A stretch of 64,000 nucleotides of DNA from Auanema rhodensis (Eukaryota; Animalia; Nematoda): positions 10,602,001-10,666,000 of the forward strand of contig OZ059897.1 in assembly GCA_964057225.1 (NCBI GenBank), written 5' to 3'. A program made the position numbers and the translations under genes. This document shows positions 26,295-40,570 of the stretch, in pieces. Each line of letters starts with the position of its first letter. Position 1 is the stretch's first letter. The notes under the pieces were generated by a model. That model was given only the letters and a program-made list of their open reading frames with translations, was not told the DNA's origin and did not search any database.

Positions 26295-26886
26295 TTTTTT
26301 GTTTTGAAATTAAAATGCTATAAAATTATTGCTTGCTTGTCTTGTTAGATTTCTTTAATTTGAATACTTATTCAAGTTATAACAATTTTCGATTTAATCA
26401 CGTTCAATCAACTGTATTGTTTTCAAAAATAAAGACAAAATTCAAGTTCTGTTCATTGAATTAGAATTTTCATGTTGTCACACAGAAATTGAAGAATCTT
26501 AGTTTAATTCAGTAACAATGAACACACTAACTTTGTTAAGTTGTTGTAATATCGGCCCAAGTAATATAGTGGTTAGTACTCCACGTTGTGGCCGTGGCGA
26601 CACAGATTCGATTCCTGTCTTGGACATTTTTTGTTTTGAAATTAAAATGCTATAAACATATTGCTTGCTTGTCATGTTAGATTTCTTTAATTCAAATACA
26701 TATTTAAGTTCTAACAATTTTTGATTTAATCACGTTCAATTGACTGTATTGTTTTCAAAAATAAAGACAAAATTCAATTTCTGTTCATTGAATTAGAATT
26801 TTCATGTTGTCACACAGAAATTGAAGAATCTTAGTTCATTTCAGTAACAATGAACACAATAACTTTGTTTAGTTGTTGTAATATCG

Positions 26887-26958
26887 GCCCAAGTAGTATA
26901 GTGGTTAGTACTCCACGTTGTGGCCGTGGCGACACAGGTTCGATTCCTGTCTTGGGCA
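26887..26958 (+). tRNA. tRNA-His(GUG), canonical allele
   Basis: Gene body identical to 991-1062. Confidence 0.93.
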
Positions 26959-28546
26959 TTTTTTGTTTTGAAATTTAAATGCTATAAAATTATTGCTTGC
27001 TTGTCATGTTAGATTTCTTTAATTTGAATACTTATTCAAGTTATAACAATTTTCGATTTAATCACGTTCAATCAACTGTATTGTTTTCAAAAATAAAGAC
27101 AAAATTCAATTTCTGTTCATTGAATTAGAATTTTCATGTTGTCACACAGAAATTGAAGAATCTTAGTTCAATTCAGTAACAATAAACACACTAACTTTGT
27201 TAAGTTGTTGTAATATCGGCCCAAGTAATATAGTGGTTAGTACTCCACGTTGTGGCCGTGGCGACACAGATTCGATTCCTGTCTTGGACATTTTTTGTTT
27301 TGAAATTAAAATGCTACAAAATTATTGCTTGCTTGTCATGTAAGATTTCTTTAATATGAATACTTATTTAAGTTATAACAATTTTCGATTTAATCACGTT
27401 CAATCAACTGTATTGTTTTCAAAAATAAAGACAAAATTCAATTTCTGTTCATTGAATTAGAATTTTCATGTTGTCACACAGAAATTGAAGAATCTTAGTT
27501 CAATTCAGTAACAATGAACACACTAACTTTGTTAAGTTGTTTTAATATCGGCTCAAGTAATATAGTGGTTAGTACTCCACGTTGTGGCCGCGGTGACACA
27601 GATTCGATTCCTGTTTTGGGCATTTTTTGTTTTGAAATTTAAATGCTATAAAATTATTGCTTGCTTGTCATGTTGGATTTCTTTAATTTGAATACTTATT
27701 CAAGTTATAACAATTTTCGATTTAATCACGTTCAATCAACTGTATTGTTTTCAAAAATAAAGACAAAATTCAATTTCTGTTCATTGAATTAGAATTTTCA
27801 TGTTGTCACACAGAAATTGAAGAATCTTAGTTCAATTCAGTAACAATGAACACACTAACTTTGTTAAGTTGTTGTAATATCGGCTCAAGTAATATAGTGG
27901 TTAGTACTCCACGTTGTGGCCGCGGTGACACAGATTCGATTCCTGTTTTGGGCATTTTTTGTTTTGAAATTTAAATGCTATAAAATTATTGCTTGCTTGT
28001 CATGTTTGATTTCTTTATTTTGAATACTTATTTAAGTTATAATAATTTTCGATTTAATCACGTTCAATCAACTGTATTGTTTTCAAAAATGAAGACAAAA
28101 TTCATTTTCTGTTCATTGAATTAGAATTTTCATGTTGTCACACAGAAATTGAAGAATCTTAGTTTAATTCAGTAACAATGAACACACTAACTTTGTTAAG
28201 TTGTTGTAATATCGGCCCAAGTAATATAGTGGTTAGTACTCCACGTTGTGGCCGTGGCGACACAGATTCGATTCCTGTCTTGGATATTTTTTGTTTTGAA
28301 ATTTAAATGCTATAAAATTATTGCTTGCTTGTCATGTTAGATTTCTTTAATTTGAATACTTATTTAAGTTATAACAATTTTCGATTTAATCACGTTCAAT
28401 CAACTGTATTGTTTTCAAAAATGAAGACAAAATTCAATTTCTGTTCATTGAATTAGAATTATCATGTTGTCACACAGAAATTGAAGAATCTTAGTTCATT
28501 TCAGTAACAATGAACACAATAACTTTGTTTAGTTGTTGTAATATCG

Positions 28547-28618
28547 GCCCAAGTAGTATAGTGGTTAGTACTCCACGTTGTGGCCGTGGCGACACAGGTT
28601 CGATTCCTGTCTTGGGCA
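28547..28618 (+). tRNA. tRNA-His(GUG), canonical allele
   Basis: Gene body identical to 991-1062. Confidence 0.93.
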
Positions 28619-30538
28619 TTTTTTGTTTTGAAATTTAAATGCTATAAAATTATTGCTTGCTTGTCATGTTAGATTTCTTTAATTTGAATACTTATTCAAG
28701 TTATAACAATTTACGATTTAATCACGTTCAATTAACTGTATTGTTTTCAAAAATAAAGACAAAATTCAATTTCTGTTCATTGAATTAGAATTATCATGTT
28801 GTCACACAGAAATTGAAGAATCTTAGTTCATTTCAGTAACAATGAACACACTAACTTTGTTAAGTTGTTGTAATATCGGCCCAAGTAATATAGTGGTTAG
28901 TACTCCACGTTGTGGCCGTGGCGACACAGATTCGATTCCTGTTTTGGGCATTTTTTGTTTTGAAATTTAAATGCTATAAAATTATTGCTTGCTTGTCATG
29001 TTAGATTTCTTTAATTTGAATACTTATTCAAGTAATAACAATTTTCGATTTAATCACGTTCAATCAACTGTATTGTTTTCAAAAATAAAGACAAAATTCA
29101 ATTTCTGTTCATTGAATTAGAATTTTCATGTTGTCACACAGAAATTGAAGAATCTTAGTTCAATTCAGTAACAATAAACACACTAACTTTGTTAAGTTGT
29201 TGTAATATCGGCCCAAGTAATATAGTGGTTAGTACTCCACGTTGTGGCCGTGGCGACACAGATTCGATTCCTGTCTTGGACATTTTTTGTTTTGAAATTA
29301 AAATGCTACAAAATTATTGCTTGCTTGTCATGTAAGATTTCTTTAATATGAATACTTATTTAAGTTATAACAATTTTCGATTTAATCACGTTCAATCAAC
29401 TGTATTGTTTTCAAAAATAAAGACAAAATTCAATTTCTGTTCATTGAATTAGAATTTTCATGTTGTCACACAGAAATTGAAGAATCTTAGTTCAATTCAG
29501 TAACAATGAACACACTAACTTTGTTAAGTTGTTTTAATATCGGCTCAAGTAATATAGTGGTTAGTACTCCACGTTGTGGCCGTGGTGACACAGATTCGAT
29601 TCCTGTTTTGGGCATTTTTTGTTTTGAAATTTAAATGCTATAAAATTATTGCTTGCTTGTCATGTTAGATTTCTTTAATTTGAATACTTATTCAAGTTAT
29701 AACAATTTTCGATTTAATCACGTTCAATCAACTGTATTGTTTTCAAAAATAAAGACAAAATTCAATTTCTGTTCATTGAATTAGAATTTTCATGTTGTCA
29801 CACAGAAATTGAAGAATCTTAGTTCAATTCAGTAACAATGAACACACTAACTTTGTTAAGTTGTTGTAATATCGGCCCAAGTAATATAGTGGTTAGTACT
29901 CTACGTTGTGGCCGTGGCGACACAGATTCGATTCCTGTCTTGGACATTTTTTGTTTTGAAATTAAAATGCTACAAAATTATTGCTTGCTTGTCATGTTAG
30001 ATTTCTTTAATTTGAATACTTATTTAAGTTATAACAATTTTCGATTTAATCACGTTCAATCAACTGTATTGTTTTCAAAAATGAAGACAAAATTCAATTT
30101 CTGTTCATTGAATTAGAATTATCATGTTGTCACACAGAAATTGAAGAATCTTAGTTCATTTCAGTAACAATGAACACAATAAGTTTGTTTAGTTGTTGTA
30201 ATATCGGCCCAAGTAGTATAGTGGTTAGTACTCCACGTTGTGGCCGTGGCGACACAGATTCGATTCCTGTCTTGGGCATTTTTTGTTTTGAAATTAAAAT
30301 GCTACAAAATTATTGCTTGCTTGTCATGTTAGATTTCTTTAATTTGAATACTTATTTAAGTTATAACAATTTTCGATTTAATCACGTTCAATCAACTGTA
30401 TTGTTTTCAAAAATAAAGACAAAATTCAATTTCTGTTCATTGAATTAGAATTTTCATGTTGTCACACAGAAATTGAAGAATCTTAGTTCATTTCAGTAAC
30501 AATGAACACACTAACTTTGTTAAGTTGTTGTAATATTG

Positions 30539-30610
30539 GCCCAAGTAGTATAGTGGTTAGTACTCCACGTTGTGGCCGTGGCGACACAGGTTCGATTCCT
30601 GTCTTGGGCA
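30539..30610 (+). tRNA. tRNA-His(GUG), canonical allele
   Basis: Gene body identical to 991-1062. Confidence 0.93.
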
Positions 30611-31202
30611 TTTTTTGTTTTGAAATTAAAATGCTATAAAATTATTGCTTGCTTGTCTTGTTAGATTTCTTTAATTTGAATACTTATTCAAGTTATAACA
30701 ATTTTCGATTTAATCACGTTCAATCAACTGTATTGTTTTCAAAAATAAAGACAAAATTCAAGTTCTGTTCATTGAATTAGAATTTTCATGTTGTCACACA
30801 GAAATTGAAGAATCTTAGTTTAATTCAGTAACAATGAACACACTAACTTTGTTAAGTTGTTGTAATATCGGCCCAAGTAATATAGTGGTTAGTACTCCAC
30901 GTTGTGGCCGTGGCGACACAGATTCGATTCCTGTCTTGGACATTTTTTGTTTTGAAATTAAAATGCTATAAACATATTGCTTGCTTGTCATGTTAGATTT
31001 CTTTAATTCAAATACATATTTAAGTTCTAACAATTTTTGATTTAATCACGTTCAATTGACTGTATTGTTTTCAAAAATAAAGACAAAATTCAATTTCTGT
31101 TCATTGAATTAGAATTTTCATGTTGTCACACAGAAATTGAAGAATCTTAGTTCATTTCAGTAACAATGAACACAATAACTTTGTTTAGTTGTTGTAATAT
31201 CG

Positions 31203-31274
31203 GCCCAAGTAGTATAGTGGTTAGTACTCCACGTTGTGGCCGTGGCGACACAGGTTCGATTCCTGTCTTGGGCA
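31203..31274 (+). tRNA. tRNA-His(GUG), canonical allele
   Basis: Gene body identical to 991-1062. Confidence 0.93.
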
Positions 31275-32862
31275 TTTTTTGTTTTGAAATTTAAATGCTA
31301 TAAAATTATTGCTTGCTTGTCATGTTAGATTTCTTTAATTTGAATACTTATTCAAGTTATAACAATTTTCGATTTAATCACGTTCAATCAACTGTATTGT
31401 TTTCAAAAATAAAGACAAAATTCAATTTCTGTTCATTGAATTAGAATTTTCATGTTGTCACACAGAAATTGAAGAATCTTAGTTCAATTCAGTAACAATA
31501 AACACACTAACTTTGTTAAGTTGTTGTAATATCGGCCCAAGTAATATAGTGGTTAGTACTCCACGTTGTGGCCGTGGCGACACAGATTCGATTCCTGTCT
31601 TGGACATTTTTTGTTTTGAAATTAAAATGCTACAAAATTATTGCTTGCTTGTCATGTAAGATTTCTTTAATATGAATACTTATTTAAGTTATAACAATTT
31701 TCGATTTAATCACGTTCAATCAACTGTATTGTTTTCAAAAATAAAGACAAAATTCAATTTCTGTTCATTGAATTAGAATTTTCATGTTGTCACACAGAAA
31801 TTGAAGAATCTTAGTTCAATTCAGTAACAATGAACACACTAACTTTGTTAAGTTGTTTTAATATCGGCTCAAGTAATATAGTGGTTAGTACTCCACGTTG
31901 TGGCCGCGGTGACACAGATTCGATTCCTGTTTTGGGCATTTTTTGTTTTGAAATTTAAATGCTATAAAATTATTGCTTGCTTGTCATGTTGGATTTCTTT
32001 AATTTGAATACTTATTCAAGTTATAACAATTTTCGATTTAATCACGTTCAATCAACTGTATTGTTTTCAAAAATAAAGACAAAATTCAATTTCTGTTCAT
32101 TGAATTAGAATTTTCATGTTGTCACACAGAAATTGAAGAATCTTAGTTCAATTCAGTAACAATGAACACACTAACTTTGTTAAGTTGTTGTAATATCGGC
32201 CCAAGTAATATAGTGGTTAGTACTCTACGTTGTGGCCGTGGCGACACAGATTCGATTCCTGTCTTGGACATTTTTTGTTTTGAAATTAAAATGCTACAAA
32301 ATTATTGCTTGCTTGTCATGTTTGATTTCTTTATTTTGAATACTTATTTAAGTTATAATAATTTTCGATTTAATCACGTTCAATCAACTGTATTGTTTTC
32401 AAAAATGAAGACAAAATTCATTTTCTGTTCATTGAATTAGAATTTTCATGTTGTCACACAGAAATTGAAGAATCTTAGTTTAATTCAGTAACAATGAACA
32501 CACTAACTTTGTTAAGTTGTTGTAATATCGGCCCAAGTAATATAGTGGTTAGTACTCCACGTTGTGGCCGTGGCGACACAGATTCGATTCCTGTCTTGGA
32601 TATTTTTTGTTTTGAAATTTAAATGCTATAAAATTATTGCTTGCTTGTCATGTTAGATTTCTTTAATTTGAATACTTATTTAAGTTATAACAATTTTCGA
32701 TTTAATCACGTTCAATCAACTGTATTGTTTTCAAAAATGAAGACAAAATTCAATTTCTGTTCATTGAATTAGAATTATCATGTTGTCACACAGAAATTGA
32801 AGAATCTTAGTTCATTTCAGTAACAATGAACACAATAACTTTGTTTAGTTGTTGTAATATCG

Positions 32863-32934
32863 GCCCAAGTAGTATAGTGGTTAGTACTCCACGTTGTGGC
32901 CGTGGCGACACAGGTTCGATTCCTGTCTTGGGCA
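32863..32934 (+). tRNA. tRNA-His(GUG), canonical allele
   Basis: Gene body identical to 991-1062. Confidence 0.93.
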
Positions 32935-33858
32935 TTTTTTGTTTTGAAATTTAAATGCTATAAAATTATTGCTTGCTTGTCATGTTAGATTTCTTTAATT
33001 TGAATACTTATTCAAGTTATAACAATTTACGATTTAATCACGTTCAATTAACTGTATTGTTTTCAAAAATAAAGACAAAATTCAATTTCTGTTCATTGAA
33101 TTAGAATTTTCATGTTGTCACACAGAAATTGAAGAATCTTAGTTCATTTCAGTAACAATGAACACACTAACTTTGTTAAGTTGTTGTAATATCGGCCCAA
33201 GTAATATAGTGGTTAGTACTCCACGTTGTGGCCGCGGTGACACAGATTCGATTCCTGTTTTGGGCATTTTTTGTTTTGAAATTTAAATGCTATAAAATTA
33301 TTGCTTGCTTGTCATGTTGGATTTCTTTAATTTGAATACTTATTTAAGTTATAATAATTTTCGATTTAATCACGTTCAATCAACTGTATTGTTTTCAAAA
33401 ATGAAGACAAAATTCATTTTCTGTTCATTGAATTAGAATTTTCATGTTGTCACACAGAAATTGAAGAATCTTAGTTTAATTCAGTAACAATGAACACACT
33501 AACTTTGTTAAGTTGTTGTAATATCGGCCCAAGTAATATAGTGGTTAGTACTCCACGTTGTGGCCGTGGCGACACAGATTCGATTCCTGTCTTGGATATT
33601 TTTTGTTTTGAAATTTAAATGCTATAAAATTATTGCTTGCTTGTCATGTTAGATTTCTTTAATTTGAATACTTATTTAAGTTATAACAATTTTCGATTTA
33701 ATCACGTTCAATCAACTGTATTGTTTTCAAAAATGAAGACAAAATTCAATTTCTGTTCATTGAATTAGAATTATCATGTTGTCACACAGAAATTGAAGAA
33801 TCTTAGTTCATTTCAGTAACAATGAACACAATAACTTTGTTTAGTTGTTGTAATATCG

Positions 33859-33930
33859 GCCCAAGTAGTATAGTGGTTAGTACTCCACGTTGTGGCCGTG
33901 GCGACACAGGTTCGATTCCTGTCTTGGGCA
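33859..33930 (+). tRNA. tRNA-His(GUG), canonical allele
   Basis: Gene body identical to 991-1062. Confidence 0.93.
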
Positions 33931-36514
33931 TTTTTTGTTTTGAAATTTAAATGCTATAAAATTATTGCTTGCTTGTCATGTTAGATTTCTTTAATTTGAA
34001 TACTTATTCAAGTTATAACAATTTACGATTTAATCACGTTCAATTAACTGTATTGTTTTCAAAAATAAAGACAAAATTCAATTTCTGTTCATTGAATTAG
34101 AATTATCATGTTGTCACACAGAAATTGAAGAATCTTAGTTCATTTCAGTAAGAATGAACACACTAACTTTGTTAAGTTGTTGTAATATCGGCCCAAGTAA
34201 TATAGTGGTTAGTACTCCACGTTGTGGCCGTGGCGACACAGATTCGATTCCTGTTTTGGGCATTTTTTGTTTTGAAATTTAAATGCTATAAAATTATTGC
34301 TTGCTTGTCATGTTAGATTTCTTTAATTTGAATACTTATTCAAGTTATAACAATTTTCGATTTAATCACGTTCAATCAACTGTATTGTTTTCAAAAATAA
34401 AGACAAAATTCAATTTCTGTTCATTGAATTAGAATTTTCATGTTGTCACACAGAAATTGAAGAATCTTAGTTCAATTCAGTAACAATGAACACACTAACT
34501 TTGTTAAGTTGTTTTAATATCGGCTCAAGTAATATAGTGGTTAGTACTCCACGTTGTGGCCGTGGTGACACAGATTCGATTCCTGTTTTGGGCATTTTTT
34601 GTTTTGAAATTTAAATGCTATAAAATTATTGCTTGCTTGTCATGTTAGATTTCTTTAATTTGAATACTTATTCAAGTTATAACAATTTTCGATTTAATCA
34701 CGTTCAATCAACTGTATTGTTTTCAAAAATAAAGACAAAATTCAATTTCTGTTCATTGAATTAGAATTTTCATGTTGTCACACAGAAATTGAAGAATCTT
34801 AGTTCAATTCAGTAACAATGAACACACTAACTTTGTTAAGTTGTTGTAATATCGGCCCAAGTAATATAGTGGTTAGTACTCCACGTTGTGGCCGTGGCGA
34901 CACAGGTTCGATTCCTGTCTTGGGCATTTTTTGTTTTGAAATTTAAATGCTATAAAATTATTGCTTGCTTGTCATGTTAGATTTCTTTAATTTGAATACT
35001 TATTCAAGTTATAACAATTTACGATTTAATCACGTTCAATTAACTGTATTGTTTTCAAAAATAAAGACAAAATTCAATTTCTGTTCATTGAATTAGAATT
35101 ATCATGTTGTCACACAGAAATTGAAGAATCTTAGTTCAATTCAGTAACAATAAACACACTAACTTTGTTAAGTTGTTGTTATATCGGCCCAAGTAATATA
35201 GTGGTTAGTACTCCACGTTGTGGCCGTGGCGACACAGATTCGATTCCTGTCTTGGACATTTTTTGTTTTGAAATTAAAATGCTACAAAATTATTGCTTGC
35301 TTGTCATGTAAGATTTCTTTAATATGAATACTTATTTAAGTTATAACAATTTTCGATTTAATCACGTTCAATCAACTGTATTGTTTTCAAAAATAAAGAC
35401 AAAATTCAATTTCTGTTCATTGAATTAGAATTTTCATGTTGTCACACAGAAATTGAAGAATCTTAGTTCAATTCAGTAACAATGAACACACTAACTTTGT
35501 TAAGTTGTTTTAATATCGGCTCAAGTAATATAGTGGTTAGTACTCCACGTTGTGGCCGTGGTGACACAGATTCGATTCCTGTTTTGGGCATTTTTTGTTT
35601 TGAAATTTAAATGCTATAAAATTATTGCTTGCTTGTCATGTTAGATTTCTTTAATTTGAATACTTATTCAAGTTATAACAATTTTCGATTTAATCACGTT
35701 CAATCAACTGTATTGTTTTCAAAAATAAAGACAAAATTCAATTTCTGTTCATTGAATTAGAATTTTCATGTTGTCACACAGAAATTGAAGAATCTTAGTT
35801 CAATTCAGTAACAATGAACACACTAACTTTGTTAAGTTGTTGTAATATCGGCCCAAGTAATATAGTGGTTAGTACTCTACGTTGTGGCCGTGGCGACACA
35901 GATTCGATTCCTGTCTCGGACATTTTTTGTTTTGAAATTAAAATGCTACAAAATTATTGCTTGCTTGTCATGTTAGATTTCTTTAATTTGAATACTTATT
36001 TAAGTTATAACAATTTTCGATTTAATCACGTTCAATCAACTGTATTGTTTTCAAAAATGAAGACAAAATTCAATTTCTGTTCATTGAATTAGAATTTTCA
36101 TGTTGTCACACAGAAATTGAAGAATCTTAGTTTAATTCAGTAACAATGAACACACTAACTTTGTTAAGTTGTTGTTATATCGGCCCAAGTAATATAGTGG
36201 TTAGTACTCCACGTTGTGGCCGTGGCGACACAGATTCGATTCCTGTCTTGGATATTTTTTGTTTTGAAATTTAAATGCTATAAAATTATTGCTTGCTTGT
36301 CATGTTAGATTCCTTTAATTTGAATACTTATTTAAGTTATAACAATTTTCGATTTAATCACGTTCAATCAACTGTATTGTTTTCAAAAATGAAGACAAAA
36401 TTCAATTTCTGTTCATTGAATTAGAATTATCATGTTGTCACACAGAAATTGAAGAATCTTAGTTCATTTCAGTAACAATGAACACAATAAGTTTGTTTAG
36501 TTGTTGTAATATCG

Positions 36515-36586
36515 GCCCAAGTAGTATAGTGGTTAGTACTCCACGTTGTGGCCGTGGCGACACAGGTTCGATTCCTGTCTTGGGCA
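36515..36586 (+). tRNA. tRNA-His(GUG), canonical allele
   Basis: Gene body identical to 991-1062. Confidence 0.93.
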
Positions 36587-38838
36587 TTTTTTGTTTTGAA
36601 ATTTAAATGCTATAAAATTATTGCTTGCTTGTCATGTTAGATTTCTTTAATTTGAATACTTATTCAAGTTATAACAATTTACGATTTAATCACGTTCAAT
36701 TAACTGTATTGTTTTCAAAAATAAAGACAAAATTCAATTTCTGTTCATTGAATTAGAATTATCATGTTGTCACACAGAAATTGAAGAATCTTAGTTCATT
36801 TCAGTAACAATGAACACACTAACTTTGTTAAGTTGTTGTAATATCGGCCCAAGTAATATAGTGGTTAGTACTCCACGTTGTGGCCGTGGCGACACAGATT
36901 CGATTCCTGTTTTGGGCATTTTTTGTTTTGAAATTTAAATGCTATAAAATTATTGCTTGCTTGTCATGTTAGATTTCTTTAATTTGAATACTTATTCAAG
37001 TTATAACAATTTTCGATTTAATCACGTTCAATCAACTGTATTGTTTTCAAAAATAAAGACAAAATTCAATTTCTGTTCATTGAATTAGAATTTTCATGTT
37101 GTCACACAGAAATTGAAGAATCTTAGTTCAATTCAGTAACAATAAACACACTAACTTTGTTAAGTTGTTGTAATATCGGCCCAAGTAATATAGTGGTTAG
37201 TACTCCACGTTGTGGCCGTGGCGACACAGATTCGATTCCTGTCTTGGACATTTTTTGTTTTGAAATTAAAATGCTACAAAATTATTGCTTGCTTGTCATG
37301 TTAGATTTCTTTAATTTGAATACTTATTTAAGTTATAACAATTTTCGATTTAATCACGTTCAATCAACTGTATTGTTTTCAAAAATGAAGACAAAATTCA
37401 ATTTCTGTTCATTGAATTAGAATTTTCATGTTGTCACACAGAAATTGAAGAATCTTAGTTTAATTCAGTAACAATGAACACACTAACTTTGTTAAGTTGT
37501 TGTAATATCGGCCCAAGTAATATAGTGGTTAGTACTCCACGTTGTGGCCGTGGCGACACAGATTCGATTCCTGTCTTGGACATTTTTTGTTTTGAAATTA
37601 AAATGCTATAAACATATTGCTTGCTTGTCATGTTAGATTTCTTTAATTCAAATACATATTTAAGTTCTAACAATTTTTGATTTAATCACGTTCAATTAAC
37701 TGTATTGTTTTCAAAAATAAAGACAAAATTCAATTTCTGTTCATTGAATTAGAATTATCATGTTGTCACACAGAAATTGAAGAATCTTAGTTCAATTCAG
37801 TAACAATGAACACACTAACTTTGTTAAGTTGTTGTAATATCGGCCCAAGTAATATAGTGGTTAGTACTCCACGTTGTGGCCGTGGTGACACAGATTCGAT
37901 TCCTGTTTTGGGCATTTTTTGTTTTGAAATTTAAATGCTATAAAATTATTGCTTGCTTGTCATGTTAGATTTCTTTAATTTGAATACTTATTCAAGTTAT
38001 AACAATTTTCGATTTAATCACGTTCAATCAACTGTATTGTTTTCAAAAATAAAGACAAAATTCAATTTCTGTTCATTGAATTAGAATTTTCATGTTGTCA
38101 CACAGAAATTGAAGAATCTTAGTTCAATTCAGTAACAATGAACACACTAACTTTGTTAAGTTGTTGTAATATCGGCCCAAGTAATATAGTGGTTAGTACT
38201 CTACGTTGTGGCCGTGGCGACACAGATTCGATTCCTGTCTTGGACATTTTTTGTTTTGAAATTAAAATGCTACAAAATTATTGCTTGCTTGTCATGTTAG
38301 ATTTCTTTAATTTGAATACTTATTTAAGTTATAACAATTTTCGATTTAATCACGTTCAATCAACTGTATTGTTTTCAAAAATGAAGACAAAATTCAATTT
38401 CTGTTCATTGAATTAGAATTTTCATGTTGTCACACAGAAATTGAAGAATCTTAGTTTAATTCAGTAACAATGAACACACTAACTTTGTTAAGTTGTTGTT
38501 ATATCGGCCCAAGTAATATAGTGGTTAGTACTCCACGTTGTGGCCGTGGCGACACAGATTCGATTCCTGTCTTGGATATTTTTTGTTTTGAAATTTAAAT
38601 GCTATAAAATTATTGCTTGCTTGTCATGTTAGATTTCTTTAATTTGAATACTTATTTAAGTTATAACAATTTTCGATTTAATCACGTTCAATCAACTGTA
38701 TTGTTTTCAAAAATGAAGACAAAATTCAATTTCTGTTCATTGAATTAGAATTATCATGTTGTCACACAGAAATTGAAGAATCTTAGTTCATTTCAGTAAC
38801 AATGAACACAATAAGTTTGTTTAGTTGTTGTAATATCG

Positions 38839-38910
38839 GCCCAAGTAGTATAGTGGTTAGTACTCCACGTTGTGGCCGTGGCGACACAGGTTCGATTCCT
38901 GTCTTGGGCA
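38839..38910 (+). tRNA. tRNA-His(GUG), canonical allele
   Basis: Gene body identical to 991-1062. Confidence 0.93.
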
Positions 38911-40498
38911 TTTTTTGTTTTGAAATTTAAATGCTATAAAATTATTGCTTGCTTGTCATGTTAGATTTCTTTAATTTGAATACTTATTCAAGTTATAACA
39001 ATTTACGATTTAATCACGTTCAATTAACTGTATTGTTTTCAAAAATAAAGACAAAATTCAATTTCTGTTCATTGAATTAGAATTATCATGTTGTCACACA
39101 GAAATTGAAGAATCTTAGTTCATTTCAGTAACAATGAACACACTAACTTTGTTAAGTTGTTGTAATATCGGCCCAAGTAATATAGTGGTTAGTACTCCAC
39201 GTTGTGGCCGTGGCGACACAGATTCGATTCCTGTTTTGGGCATTTTTTGTTTTGAAATTTAAATGCTATAAAATTATTGCTTGCTTGTCATGTTAGATTT
39301 CTTTAATTTGAATACTTATTCAAGTTATAACAATTTTCGATTTAATCACGTTCAATCAACTGTATTGTTTTCAAAAATAAAGACAAAATTCAATTTCTGT
39401 TCATTGAATTAGAATTATCATGTTGTCACACAGAAATTGAAGAATCTTAGTTCATTTCAGTAACAATGAACACACTAACTTTGTTAAGTTGTTGTAATAT
39501 CGGCCCAAGTAATATAGTGGTTAGTACTCCACGTTGTGGCCGTGGCGACACAGATTCGATTCCTGTTTTGGGCATTTTTTGTTTTGAAATTTAAATGCTA
39601 TAAAATTATTGCTTGCTTGTCATGTTAGATTTCTTTAATTTGAATACTTATTCAAGTTATAACAATTTTCGATTTAATCACGTTCAATCAACTGTATTGT
39701 TTTCAAAAATAAAGACAAAATTCAATTTCTGTTCATTGAATTAGAATTTTCATGTTGTCACACAGAAATTGAAGAATCTTAGTTCAATTCAGTAACAATA
39801 AACACACTAACTTTGTTAAGTTGTTGTAATATCGGCCCAAGTAATATAGTGGTTAGTACTCCACGTTGTGGCCGTGGCGACACAGATTCGATTCCTGTCT
39901 TGGACATTTTTTGTTTTGAAATTAAAATGCTACAAAATTATTGCTTGCTTGTCATGTTAGATTTCTTTAATTTGAATACTTATTTAAGTTATAACAATTT
40001 TCGATTTAATCACGTTCAATCAACTGTATTGTTTTCAAAAATGAAGACAAAATTCAATTTCTGTTCATTGAATTAGAATTTTCATGTTGTCACACAGAAA
40101 TTGAAGAATCTTAGTTTAATTCAGTAACAATGAACACACTAACTTTGTTAAGTTGTTGTAATATCGGCCCAAGTAATATAGTGGTTAGTACTCCACGTTG
40201 TGGCCGTGGCGACACAGATTCGATTCCTGTCTTGGACATTTTTTGTTTTGAAATTAAAATGCTATAAACATATTGCTTGCTTGTCATGTTAGATTTCTTT
40301 AATTCAAATACATATTTAAGTTCTAACAATTTTTGATTTAATCACGTTCAATTAACTGTATTGTTTTCAAAAATAAAGACAAAATTCAATTTCTGTTCAT
40401 TGAATTAGAATTATCATGTTGTCACACAGAAATTGAAGAATCTTAGTTCATTTCAGTAACAATGAACACAATAACTTTGTTTAGTTGTTGTAATATCG

Positions 40499-40570
40499 GC
40501 CCAAGTAGTATAGTGGTTAGTACTCCACGTTGTGCCCGTGGCGACACAGGTTCGATTCCTGTCTTGGGCA
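40499..40570 (+). tRNA. tRNA-His(GUG) variant, G37C in the anticodon loop
   Basis: Stems and A/B boxes canonical; loop reads TTGTGCC (C at 40535). Confidence 0.65.
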
